A DNA stretch of 64,000 nt, taken from the IMG/VR virus record IMGVR_UViG_3300023110_002336, positions 26,622 through 90,621 of that record; one strand, 5' to 3'. Within the stretch, counting starts at the first letter, position 1, and each line of letters begins with the position of its first letter. Under the pieces are notes generated by a model that did no database searches, was not told the DNA's origin, and saw nothing but the letters and a program-made list of their open reading frames with translations. This document shows, in pieces, positions 40,390 to 48,376 of this stretch. The DNA is from a virus. The translations under genes and the position numbers were made by a program.

Positions 40390-41720
40390 TAGAGCACCTT
40401 GGACGCTAGGGTAGCAACTTCGGAGCGCTCGCCTCTTGTGAAGGTAACGTGACCCGCAATTGGATAATTCTTGAATTTTTCAACAGCATGAGCGAGACCA
40501 TTAGAGGTCTCATTTACATAAACGTTGTCGATCTGCTCTACGTCACCTGTAAGGACAATCTTTGTTCCTTCACCAACACGAGTCATAATGGTCTTGATTT
40601 CGTGTGCTGTCAAGTTCTGAGCCTCATCAATAATAATGAAAGCATTTGCAATTGAGCGACCACGAATGTAAGTCAGAGCTTCTATTTCTATCTTACCCTT
40701 TTCCATGTACATTTGTAAAGTTTTCTTGTCGCCTCCGACCAAAAATTGTAGGTTGTCTTGAATAGGCATCAACCAAGGAAGCATCTTCTCTTCCATAGTT
40801 CCGGGTAAGAAACCTATGTCTTTACCAAGTGGTTGAACTGGTCGTGACACTATCATTCGGTCATAGTGGTTGTTGCCACGCAAACCAATTGTTTGCTGTA
40901 ATCCAGCAGCAATCGCACAAAGAGTTTTACCAGAGCCAGCACGACCGACCAAGGACACAACCTTTACAGACGGATCTAAAAGTAGGTCAATAGCGAACGC
41001 CTGTTCCTTGTTCCTTGATGAGATTTTCCAATCGGGAATCTTGTCATTAGTAATTTTTTTCAAGGGCTGGAAATGGCTGTAAAACCTCGCTATACAGGTT
41101 TTCTTCTCATTGGCATTGGATACCATAAGCACATACTGGTTTGGATACCATCGAGATTTAACTTCATCTTCACTTATTGTAATTTCGTCACCAGCATAGA
41201 AGCGGTCAATAACTTGATCATCAACAAGGTGAGCAGCAAGTCCAGAGTACAATTCATCTGAAGAAGTAACAACCTTCTCGGTTGTATAGTCTTCTGCTAT
41301 CAGCCCAATTGAATCACAGATGACACGCATGTTGATATCACGAGAAACTACACAGGTTTTACGTGTTGAGTCTTCCCTCACTGCCATAGCGGTCGCGATG
41401 ATCATGTGGTCTGGTATTCTTAGGTCGAGATCAGAAGGAAAAACAACATTCTTGAGAACCTCATAGGAAACAACCTTGAGCATTCCCTTACCCTTGTCTA
41501 TTCTAACGCCTTTTTGTAGATTGCCCTTTGCTCTCATCTCATCAAGTGTTCTGATGATCTTGCGAGCATTGATTCCTACGGAATCCTGACGCTTCTTGTG
41601 CTTATCGATCTCTTCAAGAACCTTGAGAGGAATGAAGATGTCGTGATTGTCAAACTTGAAAAGAGCGTCCGCATCAGTAAGGTAGACACTTGTGTCAAGA
41701 ATGTAGTTCTTTTTAGCCAT
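40389..41720 (-). CDS. phoH: PIN-domain PhoH-family ATPase
   Basis: N-terminal PIN (LDTSV, VLEEID); GRAGSGKT, GFLPG, YIRGRS, DEAQN, GDVEQID. Confidence 0.92.
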   Translation of the reverse strand: MAKKNYILDTSVYLTDADALFKFDNHDIFIPLKVLEEIDKHKKRQDSVGINARKIIRTLDEMRAKGNLQKGVRIDKGKGMLKVVSYEVLKNVVFPSDLDLRIPDHMIIATAMAVREDSTRKTCVVSRDINMRVICDSIGLIAEDYTTEKVVTSSDELYSGLAAHLVDDQVIDRFYAGDEITISEDEVKSRWYPNQYVLMVSNANEKKTCIARFYSHFQPLKKITNDKIPDWKISSRNKEQAFAIDLLLDPSVKVVSLVGRAGSGKTLCAIAAGLQQTIGLRGNNHYDRMIVSRPVQPLGKDIGFLPGTMEEKMLPWLMPIQDNLQFLVGGDKKTLQMYMEKGKIEIEALTYIRGRSIANAFIIIDEAQNLTAHEIKTIMTRVGEGTKIVLTGDVEQIDNVYVNETSNGLAHAVEKFKNYPIAGHVTFTRGERSEVATLASKVL

Positions 41721-41749
41721 TTAAACTCCTATGACTAACGTAAATAGTA

Positions 41750-41770
41750 AGCCCACCATTTAGGCGGGCT
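41750..41770. terminator. Hairpin/putative intrinsic terminator
   Basis: AGCCCACC-ATTTA-GGCGGGCT inverted repeat directly after the SpoU gene. Confidence 0.55.
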
Positions 41771-41773
41771 CTT

Positions 41774-42337
41774 TTAGGTTAGCATTGCATATCTTTGATT
41801 GTTTATCGAATTAAAGAAATTTTCTTTTTTCTTGTATTGCTTCACTGCTTCGTAGAGCATAATGTTGGCTGCCTGTGCGGTGTTTAGGCAGAAGCCTACG
41901 CCGGGCATCTCAATGTTTACAACGTCGCTATTTACGAGGATCTGCGTTGGAACACCTGTCGTTTCGTTGCCGACAATGATGCTCGTCTTTCTCTTGGGGT
42001 CAAACGAGTAGCGTTCGAGATTGACTGAATCGCTTGTTAGTTCTGCTGAGACAAGGTGAATGCCCTCTGCCCGAGAATAATCCAAAAACTCTTCTGGATT
42101 GGAGAACTGGTTGATTTGGACATAATCTACAAGGGAACCTGATAGTGCTCTTAGTTCGCTTCTCTCTGGAATGCAACCAATCACGTTCACGCTATCAGCA
42201 CCAAAGCAAGCAGCAGAACGAATAAGATAGCCTAGGTTCTCGTCACAACGAAAGTTGATTGCTGTTAGACTAACTGGGAATGTCCTTGCTTCTGATAGTT
42301 TGTTATCATAACGCTCTCTTCTAGTCTTGTCTCTCAT
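41774..42337 (-). CDS. SpoU/TrmH-family RNA 2'-O-methyltransferase
   Basis: NLGYLIRSAACFG, VGNETTGV, IEMPG..CLNTAQAA. Confidence 0.88.
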   Translation of the reverse strand: MRDKTRRERYDNKLSEARTFPVSLTAINFRCDENLGYLIRSAACFGADSVNVIGCIPERSELRALSGSLVDYVQINQFSNPEEFLDYSRAEGIHLVSAELTSDSVNLERYSFDPKRKTSIIVGNETTGVPTQILVNSDVVNIEMPGVGFCLNTAQAANIMLYEAVKQYKKKENFFNSINNQRYAMLT

Positions 42338-42353
42338 TTTGCCTCCAAAAAGG

Positions 42354-42429
42354 TGGTGCCTGAGGAGGGACTCGAACCCCCAACCCTCGACTTACAAAAT
42401 CGACGCTCTGCCAATTGAGCCACACAGGC
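42354..42429 (-). tRNA. tRNA-Thr(UGU)
   Basis: 76-nt cloverleaf GCCTGTG-TG-GCTC AATTGGCA GAGC-G-TCGAT TT TGT AA GTCGA-GGGTT-GGGGG TTCGAGT CCCTC-CTCAGGC-A-CCA. Confidence 0.93.
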
Positions 42430-42431
42430 AT

Positions 42432-42524
42432 GTTCGGTTTTAGTCTAGAACAAGGATAACCGAAAACCTCTGCCTACGTTTGGGTCGGGCAGCCCCCTAC
42501 CGTTATTACCGACGATACAGCGGT
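42432..42524 (-). ncRNA. Putative structured RNA: three tandem H-type pseudoknots
   Basis: Pairings ACCG/CGGT + TATCGT/ACGGTA; GGG/CCC + CTGCC/GGCAG; AGG/CCT + TTCGGTT/AACCGAA. Confidence 0.5.
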
Positions 42525-43030
42525 TACCAAAGATAATCTTCCCAAATGTCCTCAGCGTATCTTCTGAATTTGAAAGAGATGCTCTTTGGCTTTGTTGGTT
42601 GTCGTAGTAATGTCATACTTGCTTCTTCAGGAGTCTTGCTTCCCTTCTTCTGATTACATTTTTTACAACAAGCAACAAGGTTATTCCACTCGTTTTTGCC
42701 GCCTCTAGAGCGGGGCATAACATGGTCTATTGTTAGCTCAATCAAAGGCAACTTTTTAGCGCAATACTGACAAGTGTTATCATCTCTAATGCAAACGTTT
42801 TTTCTATTTGGACTGAAGCCTGAAAAGACGTACTTTACAACCCTATTGACAACAATGACCGAGGGAAGTTTGAAGCTGTTTGAGACAGAGTTTATCTCTA
42901 CATCGTGCTCTTCAATTGCTTTTGCTTTTCCAACGATACAAAGTACCAAAGCTTCTATCGCTTCGATAACTGCAATAGGCTTGTAGGCGGCATCTAACTT
43001 TAGAGCCATTATGTTTGATGATTCCATCAA
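42524..43030 (-). CDS. HNH endonuclease (McrA-like) with PLMP-like N-terminus
   Basis: RDDNTCQYC, TIDHVMPRSRGG, NLVACCKKCNQKKG; N-terminal LKLDAAYKPI..EAL.L...GKA. Confidence 0.88.
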   Translation of the reverse strand: MMESSNIMALKLDAAYKPIAVIEAIEALVLCIVGKAKAIEEHDVEINSVSNSFKLPSVIVVNRVVKYVFSGFSPNRKNVCIRDDNTCQYCAKKLPLIELTIDHVMPRSRGGKNEWNNLVACCKKCNQKKGSKTPEEASMTLLRQPTKPKSISFKFRRYAEDIWEDYLW

Positions 43031-43043
43031 AGCCTCCAGCTAT

Positions 43044-43072
43044 ATTATAACTAGAGAGATCCCGCCTGTCAA
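43044..43072 (-). promoter_or_regulatory. Perfect sigma70 promoter
   Basis: TTGACA-N17-TATAAT followed by SD GGAGG. Confidence 0.85.
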
Positions 43073-43073
43073 G

Positions 43074-43526
43074 TCATCTCTCAGATTGTTTCGGGCTTCT
43101 GCGATCGGGTGCTTGCACACGTTTAACGAGTTCTGAGGATGAGTCTCTTTTATCGTCTCCGCCTACTGACCAAAGCATTTCAACCCCCAACTCTTCACAA
43201 ACAGATTGCTCGGGAGTGTTATTGCGACCTCTATCGCCTCCGTTAGCAAAGTAGGTGGGCTTGTGACGGCGAATGGCATCGCAAACTGTTCCATCTGTGT
43301 CGTCAACAGAATCAACCAAAATTACACCCTTGATTGCTTGTAGAATCTCTGCTCTCTGGTCGAAATCCATAAATACGAATCCCTTCTTCTCAAATAGCCA
43401 GCGGTCGGAGTTTGCGATTACAATCACGTCGCCCCACTTTCCTGCGTCGATAATCATTCGGATGTGTCCTGCGTGGACGGGATCAAAGCCGCCAGACACC
43501 ATTACTGTTGGTCTTTCTTCACTCAT
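43074..43526 (-). CDS. Cytidylyltransferase-like (HxGH) nucleotidyltransferase
   Basis: SGGFDPVHAGH and ANGGDR. Confidence 0.85.
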   Translation of the reverse strand: MSEERPTVMVSGGFDPVHAGHIRMIIDAGKWGDVIVIANSDRWLFEKKGFVFMDFDQRAEILQAIKGVILVDSVDDTDGTVCDAIRRHKPTYFANGGDRGRNNTPEQSVCEELGVEMLWSVGGDDKRDSSSELVKRVQAPDRRSPKQSER

Positions 43527-44340
43527 CTAGTGCTCCTATTAGTTTGTGTAGATGTAAGTCAATGATTTCAATGGTTTCCTCTGGATCAGAAGTCTCAAAG
43601 GATCTCCCAAGTGGCGAGAGTGCTTCAAAAATTTCAAAGTCATTACCATTTGGAGAGCATCTGTCTCCAACGAAGAAGCAATCCCACTGGTCGTCTGGAA
43701 AATGTTTTAGGGCATAGGTCTTGTCCCAGCCATCGGGATAGATGTCGAATGATGTGTCTCCACCAAGTTTGATAGTAACATCTTCTATGGCTTCCTCAAG
43801 CATCCTCTTTCTGAACTCATGAATAAAATTATTTCTAATTCCATAGATCTTATCCATAGCCATGAACTGCTGGCGTTCTCCTTGGTTTGCGTTTCTACCA
43901 ATAGGAGACCAGTTTATCATTGAGCCTCTGTTCTGAAAATGATGCCCTGAGAATGAGATGTCGTAATCAGCCTCCGCAATCTGTGCTTGGAGAATCATTA
44001 TGGTTTTCATAATTGTATTGAACTTCTCAAAACCAAGTTTCTGGAACATAGAGATAGTGTGAATCTCTATGAAGTTACCCGGTGCATCTGGATTTGGAAT
44101 GTAATACTCCGTTCCGTTACACGGCAAGATGTGGCAGTTGAGGCTCAACTCTTGGTCAGCCAACAATGGCCAGAGTTGCTCCTTGATGTAATCCAAGCCA
44201 GAGCCAGTCAGCAAACCAATCTCGGTTGTGAATGAGAGTTCTCTAAGAACATCTAGCATTGGTTTGTCTATTCTTCTTCTAGACTGAGTTAGCGTTCCAT
44301 CTACATCAAAGAGACAAATTGAATTTTTTGGGTTTTCCAT
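43519..44340 (-). CDS. Phosphomannomutase (eukaryote-type, HAD IIB)
   Basis: LFDVDGTLT, RGSMINWSPIGRNA, GGDTSFDIYPDGWDKTYAL, GDRCSPNGND. Confidence 0.85.
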   Translation of the reverse strand: MENPKNSICLFDVDGTLTQSRRRIDKPMLDVLRELSFTTEIGLLTGSGLDYIKEQLWPLLADQELSLNCHILPCNGTEYYIPNPDAPGNFIEIHTISMFQKLGFEKFNTIMKTIMILQAQIAEADYDISFSGHHFQNRGSMINWSPIGRNANQGERQQFMAMDKIYGIRNNFIHEFRKRMLEEAIEDVTIKLGGDTSFDIYPDGWDKTYALKHFPDDQWDCFFVGDRCSPNGNDFEIFEALSPLGRSFETSDPEETIEIIDLHLHKLIGALDE

Positions 44341-44950
44341 TATCCTTCTCGGGTGGTCTTACACCAGATGCTAACACAATTTGACAAATGTGTTCAACTC
44401 TTTCTATGTGTTCAAACGCTTCCCAAGGATTTTTGCCTACGGCAGTGACGCCATGATTCTTTTGACCTACAATGTCAAACTCCCGAATTCCATTTTGAAT
44501 TCCAAGATTTCTACAGGTGTGTTCTGCTAACTGCTGCGATAGAGCATCCCAAGCAGCAACGTTAGGTCCAACGCGAGTGTAGCGATAGACCTCTGGAAAT
44601 GGCTTTACCATCTCGTTTAGATCCCAGCCAGCAAACATAGCAGCAACTATGCTGGGTGGATGTAGATGAACCGAACTAAGTGTTGTCTTGGCTTCTTTGA
44701 GAATTAGATAGTGCATCTCCCATTCGCCCGTTGGTTGGTAGTTGTGAGAACTGAAAAAATCAATTCCACCATCGTCCAACATAATTCCATTTATTATGTT
44801 CTCTGGCACAATAAGTTTCTTGTTGAATCCAGAAGGAGTAAAGTAAATTTTATTTTTGTCTTTGATTCTCACAGCAACGTTGCCATCGCGCGTCGTAATC
44901 CAGTTGCGCTTGTAGGCTTCGCGCATTACATCGCCCATCTGTGTCTTCAT
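44306..44950 (-). CDS. Class II aldolase/adducin family protein
   Basis: GNVAVR, TPSG, PTGEWEMH, HLHP, NHGV. Confidence 0.85.
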   Translation of the reverse strand: MKTQMGDVMREAYKRNWITTRDGNVAVRIKDKNKIYFTPSGFNKKLIVPENIINGIMLDDGGIDFFSSHNYQPTGEWEMHYLILKEAKTTLSSVHLHPPSIVAAMFAGWDLNEMVKPFPEVYRYTRVGPNVAAWDALSQQLAEHTCRNLGIQNGIREFDIVGQKNHGVTAVGKNPWEAFEHIERVEHICQIVLASGVRPPEKDNGKPKKFNLSL

Positions 44951-45900
44951 TATCTTACCAGTGAATCGTAACCAACTTTGATTGCTGCCCCGTCATTCAT
45001 AGGGAACTCAAAGTAAACTGTGTTCGTAGTTCTCAAGTAGTACCATGCTGTTTCCTCGACGCCATCTTGATAAACTACAATAGAGTCCTCAACTGGAACA
45101 CGAGATAATCTCAAGTGGGTGGTCTGAGAAAACAAGAAACTGCTATCAGCAAGAGCTAACTGCCAATCACCGCAAAAGTCTACAACCGTCTTATTGTAGT
45201 AGTCCATAAGGTCTTGGTATTTATGTCCGACATTAAACTCGCCGTAGAGACAATCAGGATCAGATGAAGGTAGCATCGCAATAGATACCACATCATACTG
45301 AACGTTTTCGTGATACTCTACCAACCATTCGTTAAATACTGAAACAGGTACAATACTTTGCTCGTCTTCATCACTGATGTAAAAGATTAGCTTGTCTACA
45401 CCGGGTCTCAAAAATTCAGAACCCTCAGAGGTCTGTGTAGCAAAACGATAATGAGATTCAAATGCTTGTTCTCTGTAATCTGGGTGCAGTAAGGATGGTG
45501 CTAGAATCAAATCTATTGTACTAGTGTCTTTATCAAAAGGTCCAACAAAGTAAGGTCTGCCAGCACTGTCAACCAAAGAGGAATTGATGATAGCCAACTG
45601 ATAATCGTCAGTCAGTAACTCAATGTCGGTTCTCAATAGGTCCATTCCAATTGAAACTTTTTCGTAGTCGTCTCGCATAGAACAAGAGGTGTCGAGAACA
45701 AGCAAAACATCCAAACTCACTGGCTTGGTTGGCTGCTCGAAATAATCAATGATTACCTCGGTCTCGGGTGGGTCTGCGTAGACAGGAGGTCCAGAGTCTT
45801 CTACGACGACCTCAACTTCTACTACTTTGTGCGGACTTATTAGAAAGTCGTTTCCGCATGAGAACAAAAACAAAAATAATAAACTAATAGTCTTGATCAT
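44950..45900 (-). CDS. vWA-domain lipoprotein-like protein
   Basis: Signal peptide with LFSC lipobox; MIDAS DTSCS; ISDEDEQS. Confidence 0.7.
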   Translation of the reverse strand: MIKTISLLFLFLFSCGNDFLISPHKVVEVEVVVEDSGPPVYADPPETEVIIDYFEQPTKPVSLDVLLVLDTSCSMRDDYEKVSIGMDLLRTDIELLTDDYQLAIINSSLVDSAGRPYFVGPFDKDTSTIDLILAPSLLHPDYREQAFESHYRFATQTSEGSEFLRPGVDKLIFYISDEDEQSIVPVSVFNEWLVEYHENVQYDVVSIAMLPSSDPDCLYGEFNVGHKYQDLMDYYNKTVVDFCGDWQLALADSSFLFSQTTHLRLSRVPVEDSIVVYQDGVEETAWYYLRTTNTVYFEFPMNDGAAIKVGYDSLVR

Positions 45901-45947
45901 AACAGTCACAAGGGTCGCACTCACAGATGGGGCACGGACAAAAGTAA

Positions 45948-46151
45948 CTAGTCAATAGGTTCAAGATTCTCAGCATTTACGATCTTCCTTCTCCATTTAT
46001 CATCGATTTTTGGGTCGTCTATGTAAATCTCATAATAGTCGTTTGGTAGTCTATCAAGTATAACAGCTTTCTTTCCCTTTCTCAGATTTTCGCTTTGAGC
46101 ATCTGGAAACTGCCGATACATAACCCATTCGTCTATTCTAAATCTATGCAT
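45948..46151 (-). CDS. Small SH3/KOW-like protein
   Basis: Probable ATG at 46151; FRIDEWV..AVILD..YEIY. Confidence 0.5.
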   Translation of the reverse strand: MHRFRIDEWVMYRQFPDAQSENLRKGKKAVILDRLPNDYYEIYIDDPKIDDKWRRKIVNAENLEPID

Positions 46152-46157
46152 TTTACA

Positions 46158-46292
46158 AAAAGAAGAAAGGTCCGGTGCGGATCTCTTGCTCACCGCAGCT
46201 AGCCTACAGTTTAATTACGGGTTCAGATGCCGACAGGTCGTGATAGGCATGGACCTGATTACCATAAGCTCCCCGCCGAACCTCGGGGCAGA
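46158..46292 (-). ncRNA. Putative structured intergenic RNA/attenuator
   Basis: Pairings CCCCG/CGGGG, AGGTC/GACCT, ATGCC/GGCAT, TGCGG/CCGCA and alternative AGGTCC/GGACCT, followed by a U-rich tract. Confidence 0.4.
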
Positions 46293-46299
46293 ACACTTT

Positions 46300-46548
46300 T
46301 TATAACTTGTTGATTGTACTAATTAGCCCTTCTTTGCTAAAAAAGGAAACCTTATCAACTCTTAGCCATTCGCTGTACTTGTCATAGCCTCGCAGTTCCA
46401 TGACTCTCTGACGATCCATCTCAAATGCTTCATCGTCAACCCAATCTACACGGACCTCAGCCCATCCGTTCTGAATTCTCTCTTCTACTACCTTCCCAAA
46501 ACGAAGGCAGTGGTCTCCAAACTTAGTCCAAACGTTCTTGCCAATCAT
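46300..46548 (-). CDS. Small SH3/KOW-like protein
   Basis: FGKVVE...VRVDW; SD GGAGG. Confidence 0.6.
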   Translation of the reverse strand: MIGKNVWTKFGDHCLRFGKVVEERIQNGWAEVRVDWVDDEAFEMDRQRVMELRGYDKYSEWLRVDKVSFFSKEGLISTINKL

Positions 46549-46556
46549 AGAACCTC

Positions 46557-47249
46557 CTAGTAAAATTCTTTGTCTAGTTTCTCGGCTGGAACCTTACGCC
46601 ACAGTGCGACAATTTGATTGTCTTGTTGGTTGCTCTGTGGGTAAATGAATCCTATACTATTATAACGTTCTTCGGCTAGGTTGGCAACCATTTCGTATGT
46701 GTTTGGCTTTAAATGATGGAACCTAGGATTATCAACCATGAGAGTGTCACCTGCATGACGCTCTTTTGTGTAGTAGAGCCCATCTGAATCTTCTGTCTTG
46801 GTACAGATGTGCCATTCATTGTAGCGCTCACTGACGGAACACTTTTCGGCTGTCTTCATCTTCTCAGCAAATTCTGGAATGTTTGCTTCCATCCAGTTCT
46901 GCTGTTCTTGCTTTGAGGATAAACCTGCTGGGTCATCCATGACTGGATAGAGTTGGTTTGGTCTCAGCCTAACACGATAGGGGACACCTTCAATTCTTCC
47001 AATGCCTGTGTCTTCTTGTCCGAGACGAGTAAAAAAGAAAACTCTTGGTCTATCCCAACTTCTGTATTCTTGCTGAGTGTAATTCTTAAGATTTCTTGCA
47101 GCAATGTCAGGGTCTAGTTCTTCAATGTCTTCTACACTAGAAACGTGATAAAGAATAATGTTACCCTCATCATCTTGTTCTAATGGAATCTCAGAAATAA
47201 AATTTTGTTCTGTCAAGAACCTTCTGAAGTTTTCAATTATTAATTTCAT
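46557..47249 (-). CDS. Leader-bearing protein, putative ADP-ribosyltransferase fold
   Basis: MKLIIENFRRFLTE leader; LYHVS...LDP...VFFFT pattern. Confidence 0.5.
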   Translation of the reverse strand: MKLIIENFRRFLTEQNFISEIPLEQDDEGNIILYHVSSVEDIEELDPDIAARNLKNYTQQEYRSWDRPRVFFFTRLGQEDTGIGRIEGVPYRVRLRPNQLYPVMDDPAGLSSKQEQQNWMEANIPEFAEKMKTAEKCSVSERYNEWHICTKTEDSDGLYYTKERHAGDTLMVDNPRFHHLKPNTYEMVANLAEERYNSIGFIYPQSNQQDNQIVALWRKVPAEKLDKEFY

Positions 47250-47580
47250 CAAAGAACTCCTGCAAGTCGTACTCTCTAACTAGTTTATGCAGAGTTTCAT
47301 AGTCAGTTCCAAGAAACCTAGCAGCATCCATCTTAGAGTCAGTAGCACTGATAGCAAACTTTATGATTGCTTCTTTAACTAGTTTCTTTGTGTTTGACAA
47401 CAAGTTGAAAGCATAAAGTTTATTATTTATGTGTCTTGCTGAGAGTTCTAATTTAACAGCAATCAAATCTTCTAATGAAAGACTATCAATGAATGTTAAA
47501 TTACTTTCATTTATGATATTATTATTTAATAATTTATTAATAATACTTTTGTGTTTGTACTTTGATCTTCTCTTCTTCAT
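47233..47580 (-). CDS. Fis-type HTH protein
   Basis: C-terminal KMDAARFLGTDYETLHKL; probable start MKKRR at 47580. Confidence 0.6.
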   Translation of the reverse strand: MKKRRSKYKHKSIINKLLNNNIINESNLTFIDSLSLEDLIAVKLELSARHINNKLYAFNLLSNTKKLVKEAIIKFAISATDSKMDAARFLGTDYETLHKLVREYDLQEFFDEINN

Positions 47581-47586
47581 AGATAG

Positions 47587-47614
47587 ATCATAACACAAGA
47601 TCGTCAGTTGTCAA
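47587..47614 (-). promoter_or_regulatory. Sigma70-type promoter (possibly leaderless transcript)
   Basis: TTGACA-N16-TATGAT with TG; ATG 6 nt after the -10. Confidence 0.65.
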
Positions 47615-48376
47615 TCAGATTTCTAGATCTAATTGTTCTCCACCGTCAACAGGCTGTTCTTGCTTAGCCGTGTCGTAGGCTTGGTTGGTAGGTTCTTCAA
47701 CATTAGGCTGGATCTCACCTTCAAACTTATCAAAGTAGAGTTTAAGGTTGGCAATTAGGTAGTCAAAGAAAATTTCTTGATCTTCGGGATTAGAGAGCAT
47801 GTCGTAAGCATCAATGATTTGAGATTCAATTTTCTTGAAAGTTGTATACGCCATGTTACGACCTGTGGTATCTTTACCTTCGATGCCGAAAGCGTCCCTT
47901 GGATCCTCTTCTTCTTCTTTTTCCTTGGGTTTTTCGGGATTGATGTCAATGAACATGTCATCTTCGCCCTCATCGTCGGAGATCTGAACATCAACTTCTT
48001 CATCAAGTTCGCCTTGTGGGGCGTCTTCTGGTGCATCGTTGTTGAGTTCAACAGGTGTAAGGGTCTGAACAGTAGCCTGAATGATGTGAGCGCGGTAAGA
48101 CTCACGCTGCTCTTCAGAAGTGGTGAGAAGCTTATAGTCATCTTCAATTTGTGGAACAATCTTCTTTAGAAGGTCTTCCAGCACATTGATTCCAGTAGAC
48201 TTGTGTGGTGCAGGATCATTGTCGGGAGTTGAAGCCTCTTTGAGTTCGTGCTTCAAAAATTCTCTAATGATCTGACGTAGTTGTGTTTCTTCAGAGACTT
48301 TATTCTTGTTTCTTTTCTTGACAAGAGAGATCAAATCTCTTACATTCTCTCTAAGCAAATCTTCTGGGGTCTTCAT
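47615..48376 (-). CDS. Acidic hypothetical protein (possible head-internal)
   Basis: EDLLRENVRDLI and ETQLRQIIREFL helices; very acidic. Confidence 0.65.
   Translation of the reverse strand: MKTPEDLLRENVRDLISLVKKRNKNKVSEETQLRQIIREFLKHELKEASTPDNDPAPHKSTGINVLEDLLKKIVPQIEDDYKLLTTSEEQRESYRAHIIQATVQTLTPVELNNDAPEDAPQGELDEEVDVQISDDEGEDDMFIDINPEKPKEKEEEEDPRDAFGIEGKDTTGRNMAYTTFKKIESQIIDAYDMLSNPEDQEIFFDYLIANLKLYFDKFEGEIQPNVEEPTNQAYDTAKQEQPVDGGEQLDLEI

Noticed and set aside
42354-42524. tmRNA
   Set aside because: The tRNA is complete, with D arm and Thr anticodon. There is no alanine-type tRNA-like domain or tag ORF.
42524-43030. Intron-encoded homing endonuclease or IS element
   Set aside because: It has its own promoter and SD; there is no interrupted gene, intron core or transposase nearby.
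46158-46292. SAM-II/SAM-V riboswitch or SRP RNA
   Set aside because: Only short partial similarity (GGCATCTGAAC, TCAGGTCC); the required conserved cores were not found.
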